Shown here one piece after another: positions 24,971 to 38,419 of a DNA stretch of 64,000 nt. The position numbers were made by a program, and so were the translations under genes. The notes under the pieces are model-generated. The model did no database searches. It was not told the origin of the DNA and was given only the letters and a program-made list of their open reading frames with translations. Each line of letters starts with the position of its first letter. Within the stretch, counting starts at the first letter, position 1. Source of the stretch: Haplodiscus bocki. Lineage: Eukaryota. The DNA is taken from contig OZ296657.1 of NCBI GenBank assembly GCA_965655095.1, positions 27,838,001 to 27,902,000 of the forward strand, given 5' to 3'.

Positions 24971-26829
24971 TCCTTTTTTCAGATATTTTACATACAAATT
25001 TTTATCTCGAAAAGCGGGCCATCACTCTCCGAAAATTGTTTGTCCTTAAGTGCAAGATACCATATCCTGATTATACATTATTGTTTTTTCTCAAGCTGAT
25101 TCATGATTTCGTCAGATGTTTCCAGGAAAAAATCTCCTTTCGATGATTGCTAGTCAGTCTTAATACAAAAACAGTGTTGAGAATATTGCAATATTTTTTG
25201 ACCGGATATTCATGGAAACTTGATTGTTCAGCCAGAAAAATCATAAACACCTTTTGGCGTTTCTGGATTAGAAGGATAAGGCAAAAAAATGCTCCAACCG
25301 AGCTATTCCTGTTTTTTGAATCACGAAAAGGAACATGCGGCGGTTGCTACTTATTTTTTTCCAGTTTTCTGAAAAATGTTTCTCAAAATTTTATCTCCTT
25401 CATTTTTTAAATTACATCTTTCTATATCTTGAATGTTTTTGTAAAAATTATGTTTTGATTAGAAATGTCAACTTCGTCTTCTTGGAGTTTCATCAAACTC
25501 CTTTGGCTTTTACCCGAAGTATTTGAAATTTCTAAAAATTTTGCACGCAGGAAGCAAAAATCAATCAAAAGCAGAAAAGAACTTTTTTGGTGTTTTCAAA
25601 CGGTTTTTTTATTTCCAAAAGTTCCTAAAAACGCCAAGCACGTTTAAAAAGTCTGGTTCTACGGCTGATCGGAGCGGGACTCTGAACGTTCGACGCCCGT
25701 CTGTTGCGGATAATCACTACTTTCAAAAAGTCAAGTATGACGTCAGTTGATGCAGCCAGAATTGGCAAACCATCGAAAAAAAATCTAAACTAAACTGAGT
25801 TGATCTTTTTATTTTCATAATATATTACCAATGACAAAAGAAGACACGCGGCTACTACCGGGACAATTTCCGCAATGCAGTTTTTAGAGGAAATTTTTTT
25901 TCAGAAAAGTAATCATTTTTTGTGTTTATAGCAATTTTCACCTCCTCCTGGGCTTTGATTTTTGTTCATTTTTTAATTCAAAATTACAAATTATCAACAA
26001 AGAAAACAAGTTTAAAGCAGTGTTACTCTTGTATTCGATTTCTAGCGGCAGTGGGCCATCTTTTCCCAGTTCATGTAAAATGTGTTTTTTTTTCAAACGA
26101 ATCAATTTTTTCCAAATGACCCTATTTTTTTCCAATTTTTAGAAGTGCTACTTTTTTTTCAACCGCAATGCCGTTAAATTTAATGCATAGTGGCGGTGAC
26201 GACTTCTCGGAAACAGAAAGTGCATTTTCATCGATTCTCGTGCATTTGGCAAGTAAACGTAAAATAACGTACCCGCTGAGTGCATGAATATCCACTCATG
26301 TTGGAATAAAGCGGAAATCAACATAGATCCTCTAGCAAATTGTGCTTTCTATCTCAAGGTCAGCCAAAATCGGACCGTGTTACTTAAATTCCCTCCAAAC
26401 GCTTGAGAGGAAAAAGTAATGAGTTCAACATAACTTTAAAATTTGCCGACATTCAAACAGAATGCTCTTTCCTATTAGCATATGTCGAGAATGGTCCTTT
26501 TAAGGCTATTATTATGCAATTCAAGTGAAATGTTGGTTTGAAAATGAAGCGCAAATGGTATACCAATCATTGAGCTTACTAGTCTTTTTACCACATTCCG
26601 AAGTTTCTGAAAAGTTTTATAGTAATAAAACAATTCTTTTCAGGAATACGTCTTCAGAGGTTCACCTGTCATGATATTGGAGATTTTCACATTTGTTTCC
26701 ATGATTGTTTCATATTTCTTGAATTAAGTGAAATAATCTGAGTGATATATGTAATTTAGTACCTCTGGGGGCATATAATAACATGCCCATCGAAGTCTTG
26801 TAATTCGAACAAAAGCTGTGTGGAAAAAG

Positions 26830-27460
26830 ACATATCAGGACAATTTTTCGATTAAACTATATTAAATTGGCCGTGGTCAGTTGTCAACAAGGCGCTCAGC
26901 AAACTTGGTGATAATTTCCGCATTGAAACTTCGGGAAAAACGTTTTAAAAATTTTAATGCAAACCCAAAAGTGTCAAAAGTTTATCAAAAGTTTACTTTT
27001 AAGCTCCAAAAAAGAATAATTTTCCCTTAATTTTTGAGAACAAAAACCCTAAATTTATGCAATAAAAACAACTTTCTAGGAACAACTGGTATTTGAATGG
27101 CATTCTATGGCAAATTTGGAATAATTTACTTTACTCAAAAATGAAAAAAAAAATGCCGTACAACTCGAAAATTACTATTTTTTTTCCGAAAAGGCATACT
27201 TTTTGGCAAAGAAAAGACAGCTATATTATGAACCGATTTTGTGAGAACCAATTGCGAATCAGCTGATAATGTGCTAGTGGGTGATAGTTATGAACGAGAA
27301 GTGAGCTAATTTTCATTAAAAATGAGCAAATTTTCATTAGGAGTCAGCAAATTCGCATTCAAAATGATCAAATTTATATTAAAATAAATTGAATTTCAAA
27401 TCGAAAAAACGTGCCTAAAAAAGAAAAATGACTCTAGCCACTGAATAGTTTTTCATTCCA
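26830..27460 (-). repeat. Dispersed repeat, inverted homolog of 38420-39230
   Basis: CTAGTGGGTGATAGTTATGAACGAGAAGTGA (~27274) is the near-exact reverse complement of TCACTTCTTGTTCATAACTATCACCCACTAG (~38544); homology extends to AAATTGGCCGTG/CACGGCCAATTT. Confidence 0.7.
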
Positions 27461-27788
27461 TATAAAAAATGGAGGCGGAAAATAGCAACAATTTTTGGTC
27501 AAAAGTGGAGCACTTTTTCAACTAAAGTGGCACCTGAAGAAGGAGCTTGACGGTACCTTGCTTCGTAGATATGTTCAAGGTTACCGTTTTAGTTAGGCTT
27601 GCATTTGATCTTCTCATGATTTCAGATATTAACTAGAATCTTTTGCATGATTTCCAAAAAAGAAACCTGTTAACAAAATTATGTCTGAGATTTTTCTGCT
27701 GCAGATCACTTATTCAAACTTCTCCCATGATTCTAGCAACGATTAGCGTGGTTTTGCAATGTACTTCCAAAATATCCTTGAAAAAGAC

Positions 27789-29522
27789 GGGAGACAGGAA
27801 TAGGATCTAATGGAGTAAGATGTAAAGGAATAAGATCTAATGGAGTAAGATCTAATGTATTAAATGTTCCACAATAGGACATCTTACTTTTTAAGAAAAA
27901 CAAAATTAACGGCCAAAATCAACTACCTCTTGGATTGTATCAAGCTCAAGGAAATCAATATTTACATTGAACACAAAAGATATTACAAACATTGACACAG
28001 TGAAACAATTTTAAAAAAATCAGCTGGGGCACCATTAAGAGAAAAGAGCTGAAAGGCATGACAATATCATTCAATTTCGTTAGAATCGATCGTTATCTTA
28101 TTAGATATTTGACATCCACATAATTGACAATTATTTTTTCTTGACGCAGTTGGTACAAATCATATGTCCGCATGGTTGGACAAGGTGGCCAATAAGTTTC
28201 TCATCACAGCCTGAGCGCAAATCTTATTCTTTCTCATCAACTTCCTCACAAAATTAATCGCTATTGTTGCAACTATTATCATCCGTGGACAACGGGTAAA
28301 CGCAGGGGTAGTTTTTGGATCCAATAACTCTCGACATAGTTATAGAACTCAACAACTTCACCCTTGCTTTTAGCTTCGATATCAACTCACCGTCGGTGTC
28401 AAGGCGTAAAAACACAGCTCTATTTTGTTTTCGGGAAGAAGAGGCAACGCCATAATTTTTCAGCCATTTCAATAATTCTTCATGTTCACCAATGCCAAGT
28501 CTTGACCACTTTCTCCACAAAGCTTGACCATAATGGAAAAATTATCGTTGCATTTGCATTTCGAAGAAATCAAATAGGAGTGATGAAAAGAGGGAATTTC
28601 AAAATTGACAACGCATTTAGTTGGCTTGAAATTGAGAGAAAATTTCGTATGGAAAAGAAAAAGGTACAATCGTTGTGATTTTGATGTCATGAGGGCATAG
28701 AACACCGGAATTAGAACGTCAGAAAAATTACATTGTAATTTTAACAACTGATAAAACTTTTTTGGCACAACCTTAAACGTACCACCGGCATAAATGACTG
28801 ACACAGTTTTCATCTGTTGGTATGTCACATCACCGAAAAACAGTAGAAAAAAAATGGTCTCCAACTTTAGTCGTTTCCCTGAAGCTTGGTGCAATAGTAC
28901 CGGCTTTCTTTTGCAGGGCTTTTTTGAACCCTTCAGCAGAGGTGGATATGGGTGGTATTTTTTCCTGCTTTTACCCATCTCCCATTGCAGTTTCACAAAA
29001 GAAGGTTGAATAATGGATTCTGTAGTGACATGACTGTCATATATCTGTCTGAGTGGCGTGCAAGTTGTACATGCAATGTTTTTATTTTAGTCTCGACGTT
29101 TTTTTCTTGACTTCGGACATTTCTGGTTCATGTTGGCATTTAATCTTTGGCTGAAAGAGGTTGCCTTGGATGAAGGCCATGCCTTAACAGCCATCTCGCC
29201 ATCGATGTCATCTTAGTCTTGTTTTCAGATAATCGGCGTTGTTTTTTGTATAAATGAAGCTTTCTTGGTCAAAATTGACTGAACCTTTACGTTTGACCTC
29301 TATTTTCTCAAAAGTTGGCAGTGCCACTTGGAAAACCAACGACAAAATCACAAAAATTTGGATTTTTTGACGATAAATTAGATGCTATTCCATTATAGGT
29401 CTTAGTCCATTTTAGATCATATTCCATTAGATCTTATTCCAATTTACATCTTATTCCAACAATGTGCAACTGAGCATGTGAAAATTTTAGATCTTATTCT
29501 TTGGATCTTGTTCCACCCTCCA
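27789..29522 (-). mobile_element. Mutator-like (MULE) DNA transposon, defective
   Basis: 9-bp TSD GAAAAAGAC (27780-27788, 29523-29531). TIRs GGGAGACAGGAATAGGATCT / rc TGGAGGGTGGAACAAGATCC with ~15-bp subterminal repeats GGAATAAGATCTAAT. Minus ORF has MULE motifs YAGGTFKVVPKKFYQL and LIPVFYALMTSKSQRLY (first catalytic Asp apparently lost). Confidence 0.88.
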
Positions 29523-30385
29523 GAAAAAGACCACCTAAGAGCAATTAAGTTTCTGCAAGTCTGTCAAACATAAAGGAAAAATTTGCGTGGCACAGGCTAA
29601 TTAGCTTAAACATAGGTGGAGTATCTAAAACAATATGTATTTCTGGTGAAAAAAATCATATTATTTTTGCGCAAAATACTGCAAAGCGTGAAATTTTGAG
29701 AGAGCCTTCTTCGGTTCAACTTTACTTAATATGGAAGGGACTTTTTGTCTTTATTTTCAATCACAATTTCGCCATAGAATGCAAATTTCAAAATTTGGCG
29801 CAGATGAGGCAGTGCTTAAAGTAATTAACTTTTGAGTTACAAGTCGGAATTTTGAACCCATTTCAATTTTTTACTACTGAGCCCTTGAACAAGTCTTCCG
29901 AAGTCAATAGCAAAAAGGGTTGTGACCATAACATAAAAAGGGTATTCAGTTAAGATAAAAGCGAGAAAGCGAAAATTATGAGCGTGATTTTTTTTACTTT
30001 GAAAACAGAGTATCTAGGCGCCACTACTGCTGCAGCAATTGATTCCAAATACCAAATATGATCCTATCGCTTGCTATGGGTAAAAAAAGTTTCAGAGAGA
30101 CATTCAAAGTTGCAACGGGGGTCCCAAAGTGGCGTTTCTTAGTCGGTTTTTTCCTTGTGGAATCGGGGAAAATTTTATTCTCTTTCTTTCTTTCCATGTG
30201 TTTTATGTAAGAAAATGCCCAGATTTGGCAATTAATACTCACAGGAAACAGCCATGTTTTTCACTTTCATGGCAGAACATTGCATGATCATACAGAGCCT
30301 CGTGGGATTTTTTGGAGAAAAATGTGGATTGAATTATGAATGATTATTTATTATTGTTCAATCATAGAAAATTCCCGATCTCAAA

Positions 30386-31050
30386 TCCCAGAGATAATCA
30401 GCGCTGATAAGCGCTGTTTCAGAGAGAATCAGCGATGAATCAGCGCTGTTCAGCGCTGATTCTCTTAAATCTTGAACATTGTGTCTTTAGCGTTGAACAG
30501 CGCTGTTTGTGCGCTGATTTACTCTGAATCAGCTCCGATATTAGCTTATGTAGGTGAGATTATCAAAATGTGATAACGTAGTCAGAAGTCATGAAAATGC
30601 ATGAAGTGGTCATTAGAAGGGCATTACTGGTATTAAAGAAAATGTTAATTTTCTAAGTTTTATACAAAAACACAGCAAAAGCTCTTTTTTTTCGAAATAG
30701 TCCTGAAAGTTCATCCCATCAAACGGGTAAATGTTTTTCAAAATTTGAACCTAATCAGTTTTGTTTTTGAGGAGCAAAAAACTTAAATTTTGAAGTTTAT
30801 GCTGTATCTTTGATGACCCATAGAAAAATTGAATCAGAATTATGTGCCTTGAAAGTGAGGTACATTGAAGAATTTCGAAACGAATTGAAAAAAGAAACCG
30901 AAAAATGTCAGTTTGAATTGGTCGAAAATCAGCGCTGTTTGAGAAAATCAGCTCTGTTCAGGTAATGAACAGCTCTGAATTAGATCTGAAATACTTCATA
31001 ATCAGACAGAGCTAGTCGGCGCTGACTGTTTCTGTGAGGTCAACCCGGAT
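30386..31050. mobile_element. Non-autonomous repeat with clustered CAGCGCTG motifs at both ends
   Basis: Many (A)ATCAGCGCTG copies at 30395-30540 and 30925-31030; a related fragment lies at 50270-50460. Confidence 0.55.
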
Positions 31051-31526
31051 TAGTCAATTGAGAAAAAATGACTCAATTTGCATTGCCAAATCACCTATAA
31101 AATTTTGATTCAATAAACCAATAATGTGACATCAAATCGATTCAGACTTGGCGTGAAAAAACAATTCAATAGGGTCACCCAAATTACTCTATTTTTGTTT
31201 TGTTTTCATCGTTTAAAAAGTATAAAGTCCAATTTTCTCTGCCCATAAGTCGCAAAATTTGGAAACAGTTTGCGACAGGTGACAGCTATGATGAAAAACA
31301 ATTCCGTCTAACTAACGTATCTTCATTCATAGGCAGTCATTTAGCAAGAAATGCATTCAAAAAGCAATTCGAATAGAAAACTTTAAGAGCTTCAGATAGT
31401 TCAGAGCTCCCATTCGAAATGCATAAATGGTTGAATGCATGGCGTCGGCCGACGTCTTTATAAATTATCTCTGCCAGATGAAATTTCTTCTTATCCACTG
31501 AGTTTATTTCTTGGTTTTTCTTTCAG

Positions 31527-31698
31527 ACTGAAATCTACGACACCGGCAACTTTTCCTTGATCGAGGCGCAGCTGTTCTTTGAACGGAGGTACAAAGTGTT
31601 TTTTGTGCAGGTCTATATACCGGCGGCTCTGATTGTCCTTCTCTCATGGCTGGGCTTCTATATCCAAAGGAATGCTACCCCTGCAAGAGCCTCCATAG
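31527..31698 (+). CDS. Cys-loop chloride channel exon: loop C, pre-M1, M1, start of M2
   Basis: Acceptor TTTTTCTTTCAG, donor GTACGT at 31699; 172 nt, phase 0-1. TEIYDTGNFSLIEAQLFFERRYKVFFVQVYIPAALIVLLSWLGFYIQRNATPARASIG includes the anion-selectivity PAR motif. Confidence 0.95.
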
Positions 31699-31904
31699 GT
31701 ACGTCAACACCCCCTCTGTTTTATCATTCTGCGCCATATTTTTATTTTGTGCCAAATTTATAAATTATGAATCATGAATAAATCATGAAAAAATGAAAAT
31801 TATTATAAATCTTCCACTCAAATGGTGCGTTTTTTTCACCCAATGTTTGCCAACTGCGTTCACAATGTTTGTTCACGTTTCTGAACGTGAATTTTTTTCA
31901 TCAA

Positions 31905-32272
31905 ATTGTAGCACATATGCCGTAGAATGCGACTGAAATAATAATATTTCTCAAAATGAACGAAATTTGTTTTTTGTTTCGAAAAACTAGATGGTTTTTT
32001 TTTCAAAAAAAATCTGGAACTTTTTCAAAATAGCTAAATGTGGCAATTTTTTGTAGAATGCCTATCCAATGGTATTATTTCCAAAAAATTTCTTTTCCAC
32101 TTTTATTGTGAGGCTTTTTGGCTAAAAATCCGAAAAATTTCAAATTTGGAAAAATTAGAAAACATGCAGAAGAAACAGAGTATTTTGAAAAAAACGCTTT
32201 CATCTTTCAAAAAGGGATCTTTACCAAAATGGGAAGGTGGCAAATATGCTGGTGCTAGCCGGCTGTCTCGTT
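31905..32272 (+). mobile_element. Dispersed ~370-bp repeat with Helitron-like 3' hairpin
   Basis: TATGCCGTAGAATGCGACTGAAA ... AAATATGCTGGTGCTAGCCGGCTGTCTCGTT. Confidence 0.7.
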
Positions 32273-32604
32273 AATTTATAAAACCAAATGGTTTTTTCAT
32301 GCCCTTTCTATTAACGTACATGGTTTACTACCTCAGGAATACGTCAGAATGGGCGCACGCCAGAGAAAAAGCCAGTCGCAAAATTTTGTTAGGAATGCCC
32401 TGTGCAGATACATACATTGTAGTAAGAATGCCCTGTACCCAGGGATACACCTTAACAAGATTACACAGCACCGAATAGGAGATACTTGGAATACATGTCT
32501 TCTTCTTCAGTTTTGTATTTTCCAGAACGAAAATGCAGTAAGAATCCAAGAGTCACTTCCGAACCAAGCCTTTCGTGCGTCTCCCGAAAATTATTATCCC
32601 GGCA

Positions 32605-33013
32605 AAAATAAATTTGCCGTAGAATGGGGCCGAACAAGTAAAAATTCTCGAACACGTGCGAAATTTGGGTTTTTTGAAAACAAATAGACGATTTTTTGAA
32701 AAAAAACTTGGATTTTTTCAAAAATGGGGAAGCTGGCAAATTAGCTGTAAAATGCGAATCAAATGGTATTATTTCTTTAAAATGTCTTTTCCTCCTTTCT
32801 TTGTAAAAATTCAGAAAAATTTTAAATTTGGAAAAATTACAAACTTTGATGAAAAGTAGTTTTGAAAAAAATTTGAAAACTTTCACATTTGGAAATTTTA
32901 CAAAGTATATGACAGAGTGTTTCCAAAAAAAAAAACGTTTTCATTTTTTTTGAAACGCATCTTTAAAAAAACTTGGAGAACGGAAAATACACGGGTGGTA
33001 GCCGGCCGTCTTG
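32605..33013 (+). mobile_element. Dispersed ~370-bp repeat with Helitron-like 3' hairpin
   Basis: AAATTTGCCGTAGAATG ... ACACGGGTGGTAGCCGGCCGTCTTGCT. Confidence 0.7.
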
Positions 33014-35249
33014 CTAATGTATGTAGTTTAATATAGTTTAAGAAATTTATCTGAATAAAAAAAAGGATCTGAGTATGTACAATTTTTTTTACTGCAAATG
33101 CTGATTCAACGGAAGCCTTGAAAGGAATCTTTGGAAACAAATCAAAAATCAATTGATCTGCCTGCCCTAAATGCCCTCAAATCAAGTTTCTAAACACCCC
33201 AATATTGCACAACACAAAAAAGTCCCTCTAAGAAAGTTTTCGGTGAGCTCATATCAAGTTTTCTGACCAGCATCATCCTACCCCCTCTTGGCTTACGAAT
33301 ATTTTTCACAAGGCAAAGTACTTTCAAATATAATAAGGCCCCACTGCGTTTTTCGAACTGGTTGAAATATATGGTTGGCCCTCTTCGGAAAATTTTACCG
33401 AAGAAGGGATTGATTCGAAGTGAGAAGAGGGTCCTACGAAAAAAACTAGTCCCTATAATAGTTTGCAATTTTTTAAGGGGCAATTAAAATTGGGAGATCT
33501 AAAAACGCCTTGTGTATGTACTATTCTACGGTTGTTGGGGCGCCAACGTCCGATAAAACTGAGAAGGTACTTTATTTGAGAAAGGAACAAAAACATAAGT
33601 TGTTCTGACAAGAACGAGTGGCGATGGAATTAATTCAAAAATACCTCAACAGTAAAGACTTTTAAACATTGGGTGAATTTTTGGCAGAATTATAGTCTGA
33701 TTGTTAGTGCACACAACCAAAGAACAAACATAGGCGCAATTAATGTTGCGCACGGGTTTCGACTATACCGAGCTCCGAAAAAGTCACAATATTCCAAATG
33801 CTGCAAAAGAAGGCGTCACTTCTGTAGCTGCTGAATGGTAGCTGCAAAAGTTCAAATCATAAAAAAGACTAAAAATTAAACTTTTGCAGCCAATCTTCCT
33901 GAGAAAAACACACCCAGAAGAAAAATTGCAGCGGGAGCAATTTGGAAAGAAATGAAATGTTCCCCGAAAAAGACATGACATATCATGTAACGATGATGTG
34001 ATACTTGATTAGATTAACAATGGCTTTAGGTGACATCTAGTTAATGTGACAAGAACCTGTTTTTTAAAAGTTTTGGCTTCCTGGAAGTTTTTTTGCCGTA
34101 TGTCACGCCTTAGGGAAAAAAGCATCTTTTAACTAACATGCTTCCGTACACTTCCTACGACTCTATGGTCGGGCAGGCGAGGAGTACTGGGAGCAACGAC
34201 AGGTGCATTTTCAATATCATTGGCGATTTTCGACAGAAGTAAATTTTTTCGGTAAACTTCAACTGTTTAAAAAATTCAACAGATAATCAAATTTGACACT
34301 GAAATGAACAATTTTTGATGGATAGGTGCCAAATTGCCCAATATTTGTGGCTAATTGGGCTCCGGGGCTATTAAAACAAAATATCTATTTTTTAATGTAA
34401 AAACTAGATTTTCTGACTAAAAGACCCGAGTTTGGGGCAAATTTTTAGCTGTCGGAAAGTTTTTCGCAATTTTCCATATTCTGCAAGCAGTTTAAAATCT
34501 TTTTACCCCATTCATGCAATTTACGAGCTGTGAGGCACTGTTCGGAGTAACTAGGGCTGGAAAATTACCGTTTTAGTATTAGAATTTTTTGACTTTTTAC
34601 GTTGTTTATGCGAAAAAAAACATGAAAAAAGTTTCGGGCAAAAATGTAGCTCAGAGAGTTCTCAAGTCGAATGAAAGTTTTCCCGCCAGGTACCAAGGGC
34701 GCTGAGATATGAGCGTTAAGGGAAGAAATTTGAGGCAGATGTCACGAAATCTGCAAAAATTGTATTGAAAAAAAAAGAGAACGTAAACAATAGGGCATTC
34801 TCGTTTCACTGGAAACCTTAATAAAATTGGCAGTTCGTTTCTATAAAAATCATGTCTGGAGGCCACGGCGATTATATTTGCATTTAGATTCAACCACAGA
34901 CTAACTTTTTCACTGATAATTTGGATTACCCGTAATCTTTTTGTGGTGAAGGGGCATTTAGGGATCAATAAAAAACCTATTCTTATTTTCTATCAATCAA
35001 ACCCTGCAAGAGCGAGATTACGCAATAGTTACATCTTCTTTCATCGTTAAATGTCCAACAGCAAACTTCTGACATAACCTATCAACCATGAAACTAATGC
35101 TTTGTCTGCTATTCATCTTTTTTTTCTACATATTTGTAGCTTAGAGTAACATCTCTTTTTATGTTACCGACAATGCTTTTTTTCTGCGTGACATGAAAGC
35201 TTTAAGTAACCACTGGCTTTTTCCAGATCAATGATCAATCGTGAGAAAA

Positions 35250-36985
35250 TGTGATGGCCTGTTTGTTTTGGTAGTTGTCGCAGCACATCTGCGAGGCATG
35301 CGGCCAGCGCCCACCAGTAGGAAAGACACCCTAATGCTCAGGAAAAACTAAACACAAACTTTATTAATGAAACTCTTAACTATGCACTCTTAGAATATTT
35401 TTAAGTACTGTGCATATACGCGGATACGTATCTACTACGTATCCCTAACAAATGCACATATAAACTGGTACGTATTTATACGGAACCAAACTGATCCGGA
35501 CTAAGACGGAACCGTTACGGAACAAACAAGTATTCAAAGAGCATTGTTAAGCTAAAAGGCGCTTTTTTATAGTAATATAAATATTTAATTATTAATTTTG
35601 AATCCACCTTTTTCAATGAACCCTGAGGGATTGATTGATTGAAATAAGTGCAGTGTAATTAGAACTTGTGATTAAATCGATGCTATGAGCACAGTAACTG
35701 ATTTTCAGTGCATTGACTCTCAGATCTCAGAGTGAATATTTGTTCCGTACGTGTTCCGTCGCTACTATTCTCGTGACTTCATCCATACTATTCTTACTGT
35801 GCCGTGCTGCATTGCTGTGGTGAATACGGAGTGATTCCGGATTCACTCCTCATTGGAGCACTGACTACTACCACTACCGGTGAATACGGGATTATCTGGA
35901 AACCACTAGTTGCTACTCGCACGAATGAGGAGTAATTTAAGAGTGCTACTAGTTCTTCCTCATTTCTAAAGAGGAACTGTTTATATATAACTGTTATAAA
36001 AAACTACGAAGTGAGCACGAGGGTGATAAATATTTATAGTTTTCACTTTATTTTAGTTTACAATATTATTGTTTCGAGACTTAAAGTCATGCATTTTGTT
36101 TTTTATTTTATTTTTCTGACTAGAGGAACTATGTAATCTTTCACCATTTATGGAAGACACTTTGGCAAACTGTAAACAATATGTCAGCGCGGGAACAAAC
36201 ACTGTGATGTCCATCTCTGACGGATTAGGACTGTCCATTTTCTGTCGGAAGAGGGAAAAATCGCGTCCTATGAGGGAAGACATGGATGGAAGAGTTGTTT
36301 ACTTCCCGCCAGAGTCGGCATTTTGACTTTGATGTTGTGATTTACAGAGTACTTTTCCCTTTTTTGTACTTTGACTTGGCGTGTAAACAGTTATGCTTCC
36401 CGCGAAGGAAAAGGTACAAATAGGAGAGGAATAAAAGAACAGAATGAGAATTTCTATTACCACTCTGTAGTACTGACGATAATACCCAGTATTGTTACTT
36501 CTAATATTACAAGACTGTAAAACAACAATTCGATTTCTCTTGAATCAAAACAATCATTTAATAATCACTGACAATCACTTTTCCCGTAGAAAATGGCAAT
36601 TTTAGAAACAAGAGGAAAGTAACACCGTTAAACAAGGAAAATTGTGAGGAACATCTTGGAAGCAACTTCGTACAAAAATCGAATGTTCCCAAATCACAAG
36701 AAGACTACATAATTGAAGTTTTGGAAGAAATTGAGGGAAGAGTCACAAGAAAGGTGCCTCAAGAGTTCAATACGACAGAAAACCGCATTTTAGGAGCGTT
36801 ATCACGTCATGACGATTTCCTCATGAACACGCTAATTCAGGGCTACTCCGGAGACGTCCCGGAACGCACATGGCCCAAACCAGGGAACGAATAAGGACGA
36901 CTCCCAGAGTGATCTTCATCCTGAAGCAGGCATTTTCTACAACCAGACGACGCAAAATTCTGGCCCAGAAAATGGCCACGACCAT
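35250..36985 (+). mobile_element. Probable solo LTR (~1.7 kb) with embedded decayed ORF
   Basis: Begins TGTGATGG, ends GGCCACGACCA. Contains TTTTCCCGTAG-AAA-ATG (36593) then RNKRKVTPLNKENCEEHLGSN...QEDYIIEVLEEIEGRVTRKVPQEF...ILGALSRHDDFLMN. Same architecture as the LTRs at 1707 and 16962. No clean TSD found. Confidence 0.6.
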
Positions 36986-37395
36986 AGTCTTTTCCCAAAC
37001 CTTTTTTAATGATCAATCAAAAACAGAAACTTTGCTGTTCTATCTGTGCAAATTTCTAACTTTCTTCAAGAATTGGATGAAAACGTTATCCGCTCGATAA
37101 GTATGCGCAAACAAGTAGCTTGCATGAGGGTTTTGAATATTTTGTGCTTGTTTTTTGAGTGTTTCCCAAAAATCATTTAGTATTATATGCCTACATCTTT
37201 TATGCGTGAAACTAAAATTGTCAAAAAAAGAAACGCATAAAAGTACAAATGCCAAATTGGGATGTTGCCAAAACTATCAACTATCTCCAAAAATGTCCAA
37301 AGCAAAATGTTTTTATTACATTATTTTGTTTACAAACGTTTTTATTTAAAGGTTATTCAGCCATTGTTCCAATATTGCAAAAGTTACGAGCCGGG

Positions 37396-38410
37396 TCAAA
37401 ATTTTGGCTGAAATTTTCTACAATAACGGCGGATCGGAGGATCTGCGGAAGAAAAATCGCAATACCGCCGGTTATTCGTAGAAAAATAATGGCGTTAGCG
37501 GCGTTTCTTACAAATTGAGTAGCGATTACCGGCGTTTCTTGGAAAATAACAGCGATTACAGCCGTTTCTTAGTAAAATTCCGCCGATAATTTACCACCCA
37601 ATTCCATCTTCCTGAAAGACCTCTCGGTGGCCCCACCGACGCGAATAAAGAAACCGGTGCTATTTATTTTTTCTGACAGGTGTACAAATTGTGCCTGGAG
37701 TGTTTTTAATTTCACCCTCATTTTTTGTGACTTCAAACATTTCTGGTTCATATTGGTATTTATTATTTAAACAAAAGTGACTGTCTTGGATGAAGGCTGT
37801 GCCTTCACAGCCATTTCGCCATCGATGGCTCTCAGTCTTGTGGAAGAATTGGCGTTGCTATTTCATAAAGAAAACCTTCATGCAAAAAATTGACTGAGCT
37901 TTTACGTTTGCCCTTTTTTTTCCTCAAAATTTGGCATTGCCACCGGAAAACTCACAAAATTATCACCCAAATTGATTTGTTTAGGATGAATTAGATGTTA
38001 TTCAACTCTTGATCCTATTCCATTTTAGATCTGATTCCCTTAAATCTCATTCCAATTGAGATTTTATTTCACCACTGTGCAACTGAGCGTCAGAATTTTA
38101 GATCTTATTTTATTATATCTTATTCTTTAGATCTTGTTCACCCTCCAGTGTATCACGACAATATAGATTTTTTAAAATATTTATTTTAACTTCTCACACA
38201 TGAACATGACAATTCTTAACTTGAACGAGTTTTTTGTAAGATATCGGTGGAATAACGGCATTTCGTTGAAAAAAAGCAACGGTCAACCTCAATTCTCAAG
38301 AAATATTCTACGAAAACGGCGCATCGGCGGTTTTTAGAATAATAACGGCGGTATCAGCGGAATTACCGGCGATCTTAGATAAATAACGGCGAATCTCAAA
38401 ATATTTTTGA
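37396..38410. mobile_element. Non-autonomous element with AATAACGGCG repeats, interrupted by a MULE fragment
   Basis: Ends TCAAAA...TTTTGA flanked by direct repeat GCCGGG (37390-37395, 38411-38416). AATAACGGCG-like units at 37420-37590 and 38250-38395. Confidence 0.45.
37600..38148 (-). mobile_element. Truncated one-ended copy of the 27789-29522 MULE family
   Basis: Shares TTGGATGAAGGC..TGCCTT.ACAGCCAT.TCGCCATCGATG and the terminal GATCTTGTTC(C)ACCCTCCAG with 29100-29522. Confidence 0.8.
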
Positions 38411-38419
38411 GCCGGGGAG

